A stretch of DNA of 64,000 nucleotides from an uncultured Chloroflexia bacterium (GCA_963816135.1 CAWFJD010000014.1:16687-80686), one strand, 5' to 3'. Counted from the first letter of the stretch, positions 18,044-29,059 are shown. The notes: a model not told the origin generated them from the sequence alone. Program-made: numbers and translations.

Positions 18044-21025
18044 TCAGGGAACGAAGTAGCCCGTGACGTCGAGGACAAGATCCGTCGTATTGGCACCGGA
18101 GCTGATGAAGGTGGCCGAGAGGGTCCCGCTCGACGCCAGCGACACCGTGAGCCCGTTGCCCTTCACTTCGCCGGGATTGAAGTTGATCGTGCTCGTCGAT
18201 GGCGCGGCGACCGGGTTGGGGCCAAGGAAGACGGCCCAGCCGGCGGTTTCGTTGACAACCGTGAGGTTGCCCGTGATCGCCGCGGCGTCCATCGGGACCC
18301 CGCCGGAGCCCCTCGCGACGAGGGTCCGCGGAACGTTGGCCTGGAACCTGCCGCCCAGGCCCGTGCCGCTGCGTGTATCGAGGAGGCGAGCCGGGCTGAC
18401 GAGGCACGAAGCTCGCGCCGGTGGCGTCGGCCGTGTAGTAACCGGTCACGTCGAAGACGAGATCCGTCGTGGCGCCCGCCGGGCCGATGAACGTCGTCCA
18501 GAGATTGCCCCCTTCGTCGAGGGCAACGGTGAGGTTGTTGCCCGCGACCGTGCCACCGGCGAAGTTGACGGCCGAGGTCGACGGGTGCGCGTCGGACACG
18601 GGCCCAAGGTAGACGGCCCAACCGGCGCTCGATCCGACCACGGTCACATTGCCCGTCACGGCGCGAGCACTCGCGGGAACGCTATTTCGGCCGGCGACGA
18701 CGAACGACCGAGGCGTGTTGGCGCTCAGCTTGCCGGTCAATCCAACGCCAGTGCGGGTGTCCAGCTCCCTTGCCGGATCGATCGGATGGTAGGTGTCGCC
18801 GGTCGTGTTGGGCGTGAAGTAGCCCGTCACGTCAAAGACGAGGTCGGTCGTGTTCGAGCCCGAACTGACGTAGGTCGCCGAGAGACTGCCCGACGCCGAC
18901 AGGGCGACCGTCAGGCCGTTTCCGCCGACCTGGCCGGCACCGAAATTGATGGTCGAGGTCGTCGGATTCGCAACAGGATCCGGACCCAGGTAGACGGCCC
19001 AACCCGCGGTCGAACCCACGACGGTGACGTTGCCGGTGACCGCCGTCGCTTCGGCGGGGATGCCGAGCCTGCCCGCCACGGCGAACGTTCGGGGGCTGTT
19101 GGCGGCGAGCCTGCCCGATAGCCCGGCTCCGCTGCGAGTGTCGAGCGCGCGTACCGGCGACATCGGGTGGTAGGTGGAGGTCTGGACGCCGGGGGTCACC
19201 GGGACCGAAGCACTCGAGGCCGGGCCGGTGCCGGCGGCGTTATGCGCCACGACACTGAAGGTATACGGCTGGCCGTTCGTCAGGCCGGTGACAGTGCATT
19301 GCGTCGAGTTGCCGCTCGCGGTACAGGAGCGCGAACCCGGCGCCGCGACCGCGGTGTACAGATCGATGGGCAGGCCGTTGGCAGCGGCCGCCGTCCAGCT
19401 GACCGTCGCCGATCCATCCCCCCGAGCCGCCACGACGCCGGTCGGGGCGCCGGGGACCGCCCCGGGAACCACCACCGCGGACGCATCCGATTCCGGACCA
19501 GGACCGATTGCGTTGTTCGCGTGGACGGTGAACGAGTAGCCGGTGCCATTGGTGAGGCCGCTTACCCGGCAGTGCGTCGCGGCAGTCACGGCGCAGGCGA
19601 CCGCTCCCTGGCTCGGCTGGGTTTCCGTGATCGTGTAGCCGCTGATGGCGCTGCCGCCGTCATACGGCGCGCTCCAGCTCAGATCCACGAGGCCGTTTCC
19701 CCCCGCCCCGACGAGATTGCCCGTTTTGGCCGGGACGGTGGGCTCTCCGGAGTGCTGAGCAAAAGCCGAGATGCCGTTGGGGCTGCCGAGCCCGGTGGGC
19801 CCGTCGTATCCGGCGACGGCGTTGCAGAGGTAGGGGATGACGCACGTCTTGACGGTGACGTCGTTGTTGCCGCCGACCACGTCGAACAGCCCGGACGGAT
19901 TGGCGTACAGATAGCTTGCCGGGTTCGTGCCCGGCGCAGGTCTACCCGCCAGGGCGTAGGTCGCGGCGATGATCGGAGACGAGGCGCTGGTGCCGCCAAA
20001 CCCGCGAGTACCAGTGGCCGGCCAGCGTAGACCCAGACGCCGGTAGCAGGGTCGGCGACGGCGGAGACATCGGACTGAGTCCGCTTCGAGCATTGCGCGT
20101 CCAGCTGCCATGCGGGCTTGGGTTCGTAGAGCGAGCAACCGCTGCCGGCGCCGCCGACGGCGTCGCCCCACGCGGTCTCGGTCCAGCCTCGGGCGTTGCC
20201 GGCGGGCGAGAGACTCGTCCCCCCGACGGCGATCACGTACGGCGAGGCTGCCGGGTATCCCGACCCTCGCGGTCGTCGACCCGCCGAATGCCCCGCTGCA
20301 GTTGTAGCCGCAGTCCCCGGTCGACGCCGTGATGGCTACGCCCGGGTGGTTGTAGTAGAGCGTGTCGTAGAGAGCTCTCGCCGCTCCACTCCGGGCCGGA
20401 GTAGCTGTTCGAGACCGCGACGGCGCCCATCGAAACGGCCTGGTTGACCGCCGGCCCCAGGTTCGAGTTGTAGTTGTCCGTGGCCTCGACGAGGAGGATG
20501 TCGCACAGCGGGCAGGCGGCCGAGACCATGTCCAGGTCGAGGGCGATCTCCTGGCCCCAGCCCGCATCTGGCGCCGGCAGCGGAGATGCGTTCGCCGTTC
20601 TGATTCACCTTGCGGAAGCAGCCGTTTGCCGTCGTGCAGGGCGGAAGGCCGAACTGGCTTCGGTAGACGGCCAGGTCTGCCTCGGCCGTCGGAAGGTCGA
20701 AGGCGTCGACTATCGCGACGGTCATCCCCGCTCCCGCGGTCGCCGAAGGCAGGGCGTAGGCGTCCTGTATGTCAGCCGGCGTCAGGGATCCCGAGACGAG
20801 GTTAGGCGTAACCCCCGATGTCGCCGGGGTGGCCAGGTCCGAGCGATGGAGGGCCAGACACTGGGCGGTTCCCGGGGTGGCCGCCGGGCATGAAGCCACG
20901 ACGTCGCCCAGCGGCGATGGCGCCGTCGATGGCCCCGATTGGGCGGCGACAGGCGCGACCGCCAGGAACGGTGCCGCAAGGGCACACAGCGCCACCGAAG
21001 CGGCGATTCGACGCGTGATTGCCAT
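18044..21025 (-). pseudogene. Secreted S53 (sedolisin/kumamolisin-type) serine peptidase with 2 FN3 domains and 3 C-terminal ~127-aa repeats; about 5 frame breaks
   Basis: GGAGG plus ATG at 21025 gives the signal MAITRRIAASVALCALAAPFLAVAPVAAQ. Motifs: IQDAYALP..GMTVAIVDAFDLPTAEADLAVYRSQFGLPPCTTANGCFRKVNQNG; DILLVEATDN; STGDCGY; and the catalytic Ser in FGGTSASSPIIAA. The FN3 pair contains LSWSAP..GYTI.. and VSWTAA... Confidence 0.8.
18047..19175 (-). repeat. Three tandem in-frame repeats (~380 nt, ~127 aa each) within the S53 peptidase gene
   Basis: Each unit reads [YF]xPxxPxRxLDTRxGxGLxGxxxANxPRxxxVAGRxxxPxxAxAxTGN[VL]TVVxxxxAGWAV[YF]LGPxxxxxPxTSxxNFxxGxxxxNxLTVxLxxxGxLxxTxxxxxxxTTDLVxDVTGY[FY]. 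Unit starts are near 19175, 18794 and 18415. Confidence 0.75.
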
Positions 21026-21195
21026 GCCTCCGGTCACTCGCATCCCTCGCCCAAATCAGTCGATTGCTTCGCCGATCCTTGTCGCACGCCCACGCCGCCG
21101 CTCGCTCTCCAGCCGGCCATCCAAATCCTAGGTTTCGAGATTGCCCGCGCTCGGGCCCAATGGTCCCGTCCGCTATCCCTGTTCGCGGCCACGAC

Positions 21196-21573
21196 CTACC
21201 TATCGTCCGGGTCGATGCCTGAGGGCACCGTCGATGAGACTCCCGGCGGAACAGGGATTTCGAGAACGTCGTGGAGCTGCCCGTAGAAGCGCCGGTACTC
21301 GGCTCGCGCCTGGCCGTCGTAGGGTAGCGGGTCCATGGTCTGGAGCAACGAGATGAAGCATTCCGCGTTTATGTGGCTCATGAAATGGAGCGTCAGCTGT
21401 TCTTGGGTGGCCGGATCCGCGGGCCGCGTTGGATCGAGCGACGCCATCGGGTCGGGGTCCGCGGGTGGCAGCCACGGCAGAAAAGCGGCTTCACCCGAGC
21501 CCGCGGGCCTGTTCGCGGACGTGGCCGGTTGCCGGGCGGGCAGCGGCGAGCCGATCGACGGAAGACGGTCCAT
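21196..21573 (-). CDS. Hypothetical protein (~125 aa)
   Basis: C-terminal part of ORF 21196-21762 from MDRLPSIG... The non-repetitive segment EQLTLHFMSHINAECFISLLQTMDPLPYDGQARAEYRRFYGQLHDVLEIP looks protein-like. I recognise no family. Confidence 0.4.
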   Translation of the reverse strand: MDRLPSIGSPLPARQPATSANRPAGSGEAAFLPWLPPADPDPMASLDPTRPADPATQEQLTLHFMSHINAECFISLLQTMDPLPYDGQARAEYRRFYGQLHDVLEIPVPPGVSSTVPSGIDPDDR

Positions 21574-21667
21574 AACCGAGCCGTCGGACGATCGAGCCGT
21601 TTCGATAGGGCATTCCCCTACTCCCGTTGGCCGGGCGCAACGACCCGCCGTGCACGCGCGACGGCCA

Positions 21668-22138
21668 CTACAGCCTCGCGGGGTCGTCGGGATCGGGATG
21701 GAGACTGTGCTGGAGCGTGATGACGAGGGGGTGGACCGAGCGCCACAGAATAAGGAAGGCAACCACGAGTGCCACCGGTGCGTACGTGGGATTGAGAACC
21801 GCGACCGCCAGCGCGAGCGGCAGTCCGGCTTTCAAGACTATGGACCCCCACGACGGGCGGGAGCCGAAACCTTCGCCGAGAAGCCCGACCCGCCGGAGAA
21901 CGGAGACTGCGCCGTTGACGAGGCTGATCGCGATCAGATAGACGAAAGCGACCCGCGGGTAACCCAGCATCGCGGCTACGATCGCGAGGACGATCAGGAG
22001 GACCGTCGAGCTCGCGACGCGCAGCAGGCGGGCGATCGGGTGGAGCCGCGGGGCCTCCTGCGCGGGCGGCGCGGCCGACCCTCTGCTTCGCTCCAGCTCG
22101 GTCCCAACGCGGGCCCTCAGTGACTCAAGGCGGTCCAT
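21668..22138 (-). CDS. Hypothetical integral membrane protein (3-4 TM segments)
   Basis: ORF 21668-22138 with hydrophobic segments STVLLIVLAIVAAMLGY, VAFVYLIAISLVNGAV, LPLALAVAVL and VALVVAFLILW. Confidence 0.6.
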   Translation of the reverse strand: MDRLESLRARVGTELERSRGSAAPPAQEAPRLHPIARLLRVASSTVLLIVLAIVAAMLGYPRVAFVYLIAISLVNGAVSVLRRVGLLGEGFGSRPSWGSIVLKAGLPLALAVAVLNPTYAPVALVVAFLILWRSVHPLVITLQHSLHPDPDDPARL

Positions 22139-22272
22139 CGATCTCGTCTTCTTCTCGATATGCGGGTCTGGCAGGCGTCGCAGGCAAGCATCGCGAAAAG
22201 GACTCGATCGTCAAGGCGCTTCGACACGCCAATAAGTACTGGTGGACTACCTGGCCCGGGTGCTGCGTGGAG

Positions 22273-22734
22273 TCAGAGGCGGCGGTCCGTGGCCTCGTCG
22301 AGCCGCCCGCCGAAGAAGCGGTCCAGAACCTCGAGGAAGGCCGGTTCGTCGGGGGCGGCGCGGTGGAACAGCGTCATCGACGAGCACAGCTTCAGCGCAT
22401 CGATCGGGCCGAAGATTTCCTCCGCCGTGCGGCCCCGGCTGGCCGACGTGGCGTCTCCGCCGGTCTCGACCGCGCCGCTCTCGAGCACGAGACGCGTGCA
22501 TTCGCGAAGACGCGGACCCAGGACCCGATGAGCGAGGTAGGCCCGGGCCTCGTCCAGCGACGAGATCGCATATCGCTCGGACATGAAGCTGTGGCCCAGA
22601 CCGGCGACCTGCGGAAAGACGAACCACATCCAGTGGCTCGTCTTGCGCCCCACCCGAAGTTCCCGAACGACGGCCGAGTAGATGGAGGTCTGAGCCTGGA
22701 CGAACCGCTCCAGGTCGTACGCCGTCGATGCCAT
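22273..22734 (-). CDS. DUF1810 family protein
   Basis: Intact ORF with the family-typical YDLERFVQAQTSIYSAVVRELRVGRKTSHWMWFVFPQVAGLGHSFMSERYAISSLDEARAYLAHRVLGPRL. Confidence 0.85.
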   Translation of the reverse strand: MASTAYDLERFVQAQTSIYSAVVRELRVGRKTSHWMWFVFPQVAGLGHSFMSERYAISSLDEARAYLAHRVLGPRLRECTRLVLESGAVETGGDATSASRGRTAEEIFGPIDALKLCSSMTLFHRAAPDEPAFLEVLDRFFGGRLDEATDRRL

Positions 22735-22738
22735 CGGG

Positions 22739-24056
22739 CTACCGGTGCAGGTTTCCGGCGGCGACGAAGCTGAGGCCGCGCGCCGTCAGGGCTCGAGCGG
22801 TGTGGTTCGCGGCATCGACCTTGTCGAGGAAGTTCGTCTCGAGCGCGTCCCAATCGCCGCTCGCGATCACTTCGGACTTGTCCCGGAAGTAGTCCAGGAT
22901 GTCCGACGGATGAACGCGGGCCGCGTCGACTTCCGGGTCGCCGCCTTCGTGCTTGGCGGAGATGTTCGGGACGCTGGCGGCCAGTCGCAGGAGCTCTTCC
23001 CGGCGGTCGTACGGCTGCCGGACGATGCTCTTTTGCGTCTCGGTGATGTGATGCTCGAATCGAACGGCATCCCGCAGGCCGAGCGCGCCCGCGGATCTCC
23101 GAGGCCGCCTCCAGCGTCGCGTTGTCGACGGAGTTGCTCCAGTTCAGACCGACGAGGGGCGTGCTCCCGTCCGGCGCGCGAACAGCTTCGCCGCCAGGAG
23201 CATCCAGAGGCCCGAGAACGGGTTGTCCGTGCCCATGAATACCGAGATCTTGAACTCGATGTCCACGCCGATGCGATGAAGGAGGAACCCGGCGAGCACC
23301 GTGCCCGGATTGACGTTGAGAACCTGGCGCGTGCCGTAGGTGGTGTAGTAGTGGAGGTACTCCTCAACCCACTCGAGCGGATGCGCGTTGGGCTGCCCTA
23401 CTCCGCCAAAGTAGCCGGTGATGGTTTCCGGCCCGTTGAGATGGACGTTGGAGCCGTCCGTTCCCTTCGTGTCGAGCGTTTCCACGACGCTCGCGCCGAT
23501 GATCGACATGGCCGCGGCCACCGCCGGGAGATCGCCGTCGGCCTCCTGCTCCTTCATCTTCCGAACGCGGATCCAGCGGGCCGGCATCAGCGACCGAGCT
23601 TCGATTGCCCGGCGCGCCGCGGAGATGAGCCATGGGAAGTACTGGAGTGAGCTGACTTCGAGAGTCACGGCCGAGTCGTCGCGAAACGTCGCTCGCTTCG
23701 GCGGCCGCACCGAGAACCGACCGGCGGAAATCGGCGACGCTCACGAACGCAGCCCGCTCCCGCTGCTCGGTCAGCCACTCGAGATCGGCCAGATAGGCAG
23801 GGTTGGCCGATCGAACTCGGTCGAGCAGCGCCGGCAGCTGAGCCGCCTCCCGCGCTCGACGATTGATCTCGTCCGGCGTTCCGTATCGGGCGACGACAGC
23901 CAGGAGGTCGTTGACGATGGGCGAGTCCGGATCGAGCAGGAACGCGTTGATCTCGTCGAGCCGCGCCGCGTCGACCGCGAGCCGTTGCCGAAGGTCGCCT
24001 GTCTCCATCTGAGCCATCGCTGCTCGGGTCTCCAACTGCACCGCGATGGACGCCAT
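22739..24056 (-). pseudogene. Conserved-looking protein of unknown function (~439 aa); about 3 frame breaks
   Basis: Stitched from ORF 23364-24176 (from MASIAVQLETRAAMAQMETGDL..), ORF 23144-23710 (..GPETITGYFGGVGQPNAHPLEWVEEYLHYYTTYGTRQVLNVNPGTVLAGFLLHRIGVDIEFKISVFMGTDNPFSGLWMLLAAKLF) and a hand-translated tail (..LGLRDAVRFEHHITETQKSIVRQPYDRREELLRLAASVPNISAKHEGGDPEVD..ARGLSFVAAGNLHR, stop at 22739-22741). The stop lies 4 nt before the DUF1810 ATG. Confidence 0.6.
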
Positions 24057-24151
24057 CGCCGGGAGTCTGTTGGACGGTACTCTGCCACTCTCACGGACAA
24101 ACCACATCCGACGATGGCGGGATATCCCCAAAGGCGCCAAGATCCGGTGGC

Positions 24152-24720
24152 ATGGAGATCGAACTCCCCGAACCATGTCTCGTCGTCCTGATCGGAGTCA
24201 CCGGTTCGGGGAAGACTACATTCGCGGCAGGCATTTTCTCGCCACTGAAGTTCTCTCCTCGGACACCTTCCGGGGCCTGGTTTCCGACGACGAGAACGAC
24301 CAATCGGCCACCGCCGACGCATTCGAAGCCCTCCATCTCGTGCTTCGGAAGCGTCTTGCCGCCGGCCGGCTGACCGTCGTGGACGCGACCAACGTCCAGG
24401 CACGCGCTCGCAGGGGGCTCACCGAGATCGCGGATGCTGCTCACCTGCCTCGAGTCGCGATCGTCCTGGACGTGCCCAAGCGAATCTGCGAGGAACGCAA
24501 CGCCCGACGTCCGGATCGCCAGAACCTGGCCGTCGTGCTGGACCGCCAGCACCACGCCTTTCTGGAAACGCTCCGCGTCATCGCCACGGAGGGCTTCGCC
24601 GCGGTGTGGCGTGTCGGCGTCGACCAGGTGGATTCGGTCGTGGTGGTCCGAAAGCCTCGCTCGCCAGGCTCGCCAGCCTCTCCACGCCCGCCGCGCCGGC
24701 CGCGCCCGCCGCGATCGTAG
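24152..24720 (+). pseudogene. Stand-alone polynucleotide kinase domain (bacterial Pnkp-type, AAA_33 P-loop kinase); 1 frame break near 24230
   Basis: MEIELPEPCLVVLIGVTGSGKTTFA joins ..HFLATEVLSSDTFRGLVSDDENDQSATADAFEALHLVLRKRLAAGRLTVVDATNVQARARRGL..VAIVLDVPKRICEERNARRPDRQ. It is colinear with the N-terminal kinase domain of Clostridium thermocellum Pnkp as I remember it. No phosphatase or ligase domain follows. Confidence 0.75.
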
Positions 24721-24729
24721 ACCCGGACC

Positions 24730-27427
24730 TCAGGCCCCCTCGACCTCCATGAGCGGCAGTCCCACGACGAGGCATGCCCCGGGCCCGTCGTTCGGCTCCT
24801 CGGCCCACACCCGGCCGCCCATGGCCTCTACCAGATTCCGCACCACGAACAGGCCGATGCCCGCGCCGACAGCCGTCTGCCTCATTCCCTCGACGCGGTA
24901 GAAGAGCTCGAAGACTCGCTGCCGATCTTCGGGCCGGATGCCCGGACCCCAGTCCCGGACCTGGATCCGGAGCTCGTGGTCGCGAGTGCTCGCGGAAACC
25001 TCTACTTCACTGCCGCCGTACTTGGCCGCGTTGGCCATGAGGTTCCGGATTATCTGCTCGAGATAGCCTGGCTCACCCTGGACCATGGGCAGCCGCCCGG
25101 GGGTAACGAGGCGGAACTTGACGCCGGGCCAGAGCTTCTCCTCGGCCGCGACCACCGAGGGCAGTAGGTGCTGCATCAGAACCGGTTCCCGGATCGCGAG
25201 CGGCGCTCCCCGTTCCACTCTGGACAGGATGAGCAGATTGGAGACGACTCGATTGAGGCGTTCGGACTCGGCTTCGAGATCGACGAAGAGCCCCTGCCTG
25301 ACTTCCGGAGCCAGGGAGTCGGCCCGCTCCCGGAGCTGGCGAGCCGCCAGCAGGATCGAGGTGATGGGCGTTCGGAGCTCGTGGCTCAGGACCGCGAGAA
25401 AGGCCTCCCTCGCCCGCTCGGCTTCCACTCGACCGGTCGCGTCCGAAACCACCACGACGGCGCCGATGATCGAACCGTGTTCGTCGCGCATGGGTGCCGA
25501 GTTGTATTCGAGCGTTCCTCGAGTGCCGTCCAGGCGCTCGATCTCGATCGATTCGCCGAGGACCACTTCGCCGTGCTGGAGGCTTCGCCAGATCGGCCAA
25601 TCCTGACCCGAGAAGGCGCGGCCGTCCGGATGGAACCCCTTCCAGAGGTCGTAATCGTTGATGGTCTTCGATGCCGCGTTGCCATGCCACAACTCGGCCA
25701 CCCGCTCGTTCACGGCCAGGACCTGGCCGTGCGGATCCGCCACCGAGACACCGACGGGCATCTGCGACAGGACCGCTTCGAGCAGCCGCCGCGAGCGGAG
25801 CCGATCGATGGCTTCGGCGGCCGTGTTGCCGATCGACTCCAGGAGCGCCACGTGGTCGCCCGCGAGGCGGTCGCGATCCACATAAGCGAGCGAGAAGCCG
25901 CCGATGGTCTGGCCGTGCTTGTTCAATGGCACGCCCACGACGACCCGGCATCCTGACTTCCGGATCATCTCGGCGAAGGCCGGATAGCGCCGCTCGTACG
26001 CTGCGGTCCCTTCGATGACGAGCTTCCTGCCCGTCCTGATGGCCTCAGCCACGACCGACTCTTCGGAGGCCGGTCGTCTGACCGCAGGAGGCAAGGAGCC
26101 GGCCGGCTCGCCAAAGGTCGCGACCGCGTAGATCGTGCCGTCGGCCTGGTCCAGCAGCGTAATGGTCCCGGTCGCGGCGCCGGTGACGGCCCGCGCCTCC
26201 TCGAGGACGATGCGGCCCACCTGGGCCGGGTCGTCCGCGTCGAACAGCGCGGCCGAGGCTCGGGCCAGCGCGGCGGCGTGCTTCCTGGACTCTTCCTCTG
26301 CCCGCAAGAAGCGCAGCCGTTCGATCGCGGACGCCGCGCCGTCGGCGAAGCTCTGGGCCAGCCATACGTCGCGCTCAGAGAAACGGCGCGGCTCGGCAAA
26401 GCCGAAGCCCAGGGTCCCGATGATGTGGGCGTGGCCACGCACGGGCACGGCCATCATGGCCGCCGGGGCCTCCTCATCGGCCTTGCCGAATATCGCAGAA
26501 AGGGCTGCCGGGTAGCGCGCCACGTAGTCCTTGGCCGACTCCAGCAAGACCGGCTCACCCGTCCTGACGGCATCCGTCGCGCCCATCCCAAGCGTTAGCG
26601 GAATTCGCTCGGTTTGGGCCTGCAACCGGTCGGCCAGACCGGGTCGGCCCACCAGCACGAGCTCGTTGGCGACCCAATCGACCAGGAAGAAGGCGCCGCG
26701 ATTCGCCTGCAGCAACGTGGCCGCCTCGCCCCAGGCCAGCTCCCCAACCTCCTCGAACGAACGCGCGTCCATGAGCGCGCGCGTCACCCGAGCGAGCGCC
26801 TCCGCCTCCAGCGTGCGCCGATGCTCCGAGTCCAGTGCCCGGAGCCGCTCCACGGCCGCCGCCGCCGCCGATCCCAGGGCCTCGATGAAGCCAATCTCGA
26901 CAGGCTGCCCATGCCCGGTATCCGAGAAGGCGGCCGAGATGCCGCCGATGTAATGGCCCTTCACCTTCAGGGCGATCGCCACCAGGCTTCGATAGCCATC
27001 CTCTGTGACCATGCTGGCAAGGCCCGGGAAAGCCGCCACGAATTCGTCGCCGTCCCAGGCCATCGGGACCCCGGTTCGCAGGACTTCGCCTACCGGAGTG
27101 GCGCTGTCGGCCGGGTATCGGGAGAACCGGGCCACGATCTGATGCCGAGAAGCCGTAGCGGGCTATCGGGACGAGCGTGTCGTCCGACGCTTCGTAGACG
27201 GCGAAGCCGGCAGCGACCGCCCCCGTAACCGATCGCACATTGTCCAGCACGATGCGAGCGACCGATAGGACGTCATCGGCCTCGAGCATCGCAGCCGCGG
27301 CGCGGCCGAGAGCCGCCGTCCGCTCCGGGAGCGCGGTCTGGCCGTCGCTGACGGGCGCGACCGGGCTCGTTCCAAGTGGACCCGCTCCGACCGCGGCTCT
27401 TTCGGCTCCTGCCCGACCTCGGTGCAT
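24730..27427 (-). pseudogene. Sensor histidine kinase with multiple GAF domains plus PAS, HisKA and HATPase_c; 1 frame break near 27135
   Basis: ORF 24730-27135 has the H-box LSHELRTPITS, the N-box IIRNLMANAAKY and the G-boxes DWGPGI and GAGIGL. The N-terminal extension comes from ORF 26555-27826 starting at ATG 27427 (..LEADDVLSVARIVLDNVRSVTGAVAAGFAVYEASDDTLVPIARYGF). Confidence 0.85.
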
Positions 27428-27634
27428 GTGTCGACCTCGAGGTTCTGCGATGAGCGCCGGAGTTGACGTGTCTTGCGCGGTCGAACCCCTTGCCGCGGAA
27501 CAGATGGTATGACGTACCTCGACAGGTAGCCATCCCAGCCTCGCGGCGCGGTCTGGTCGGCCGGATTGGGCCACGGAAACCGCTTGACGGGACGTGGGTC
27601 GCCGCGGGAACGCGGGCACGTCAACAATCGATCC

Positions 27635-28300
27635 ATGAGTGGCACTCGAGCTCCCTGGGGCCGCGCGTTCGATCCCGACCGCCTCGCTTTGCTCGAGCTC
27701 CGGATGTGGAAGTCCTACTACCGGCGTCAGCCGGGCCGGTTGTTCGCCCTTCTGGTGCAGGCGCAACGGGAGCAAGCCGGAGCCTCGTGGCCGCGGGCTG
27801 TGGCGGCCGCCCTCCTCCTGGCCCATGCGGCGGCCGCCTTCGGCAAGACGGGCTGGGACGGCTCGGCCGGGGATCCATCTCGACGGGACGATCCAGGCTA
27901 TCTGCGCGACATCGCCCGCGCCTATCGCCTGCTCGGACTGCCAGATGGCGTCGACGCCCGAGAAGTGGCGCGTTTGGAGCTCCGGTGGTGGACCGTCCGG
28001 CGCGAAATCGGGCTCGCTTCGGGACAGGCCGCGGGAGCGGCAATCGCCGCTCTCTATTCGAAGTTGTACGGCCTGCCGGTGTCGGCGGTCGCGGAGGCGG
28101 GGCGGCTGCGCGGCCAGGCGGCCGAGTTCCGGGATCGAGGCTCGGCCGTGGATCCTGAAGGCCCGCGCGGTTGTGGGGCCGCCTACTGGCCCGAAGTCGG
28201 CCGGTTCCTCGTGGCTTCGTACCGATCGCTCAAAGCGGCGATCGCACCGGGGACCGTCGACACCGCGGAGGCCGCCTCGGATCCCGGGCGCGCGCTGAGC
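27635..28300 (+). CDS. Hypothetical protein (end uncertain)
   Basis: ATG at 27635 encodes MSGTRAPWGRAFDPDRLALLELRMWKSYYRRQPGRLFALLVQAQREQ..ELRWWTVRREIG..YWPEVGRFLVASYRSLKAAI. The frame stays open to 29176, but downstream residues are Arg/Gly/Pro junk, so the true stop is probably lost to an indel. Confidence 0.45.
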
Positions 28301-28325
28301 GGTCGCGGGCGGCGGTCCAGACGGT

Positions 28326-28900
28326 TTGGACGAGCCTGGCGCAGCCTCGGCGGGCCCGGGCTCGGCTGGCGGCGCGGACAGGAAGTCGGAGGCTTACTCG
28401 TTCCAGACGACCTGGCTCGTGCCGGGCACCCCGGACGACGTCAGCAGCGTCCTCTCCGACCCACTCTCAATGCCACGCTGGTGGCCGTCTGTCTATCTGG
28501 GCGCCGCGGAGCTGGATTCGGGCGATTCCCGCGGCATCGGCCGAATCGTCGAACTCCACACGAGGGGCTTGCTTCCGTACACGTTCCACTGGCGAGCCAC
28601 CGTCACGGAGAGCGATCGACCGAGAGGCTTCTCCATCGACGCCTGCGGGGACCTGGTCGGGCGCGGCGTCTGGTCGCTCATCCCGGACGAGAGCAACGGG
28701 TCCGGGCCGGTGACGCGGGTGGTCTTCGACTGGCGCGTCGTCGCGGAGAAAGGGCTGCCCAGGCGCGTCTCGTTCCTGAACCCGATCTTCGCCGCCAACC
28801 ACCGTTTGGCCATGGCGCGCGGCGAGGAGTCGCTCCGGCTCGAACTTGCTCGCAGGCGCGCGGCGCGGCGAGCAGGCGATTCTCGCGGCAATTCCCGGAC
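28326..28900 (+). CDS. SRPBCC (START/polyketide cyclase-dehydrase-like) superfamily protein (3' end uncertain)
   Basis: ORF 28326-29237 N-terminal portion: YSFQTTWLVPGTPDDVSSVLSDPLSMPRWWPSVYLGAAELDSGDSRGIGRIVELHTRGLLPYTFHWRATVTESDRPRGFSIDACGDLVGRGVWSL..VVFDWRV. Confidence 0.6.
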
Positions 28901-29059
28901 CGCCCGGACCTGTGCTCGTGTCTCCCCGGCGGAACGGCGGATCGCCCGGTCTTGTCCCGAGCCATCCCGCCGACCTGGCCCCGAGCGCCATGGCCGCGGC
29001 CCGGTCGGATGGCTCCGCCGCCCCGGCCGAACTCTCGGCTCGGCGCAGGTGGCGCCTGT

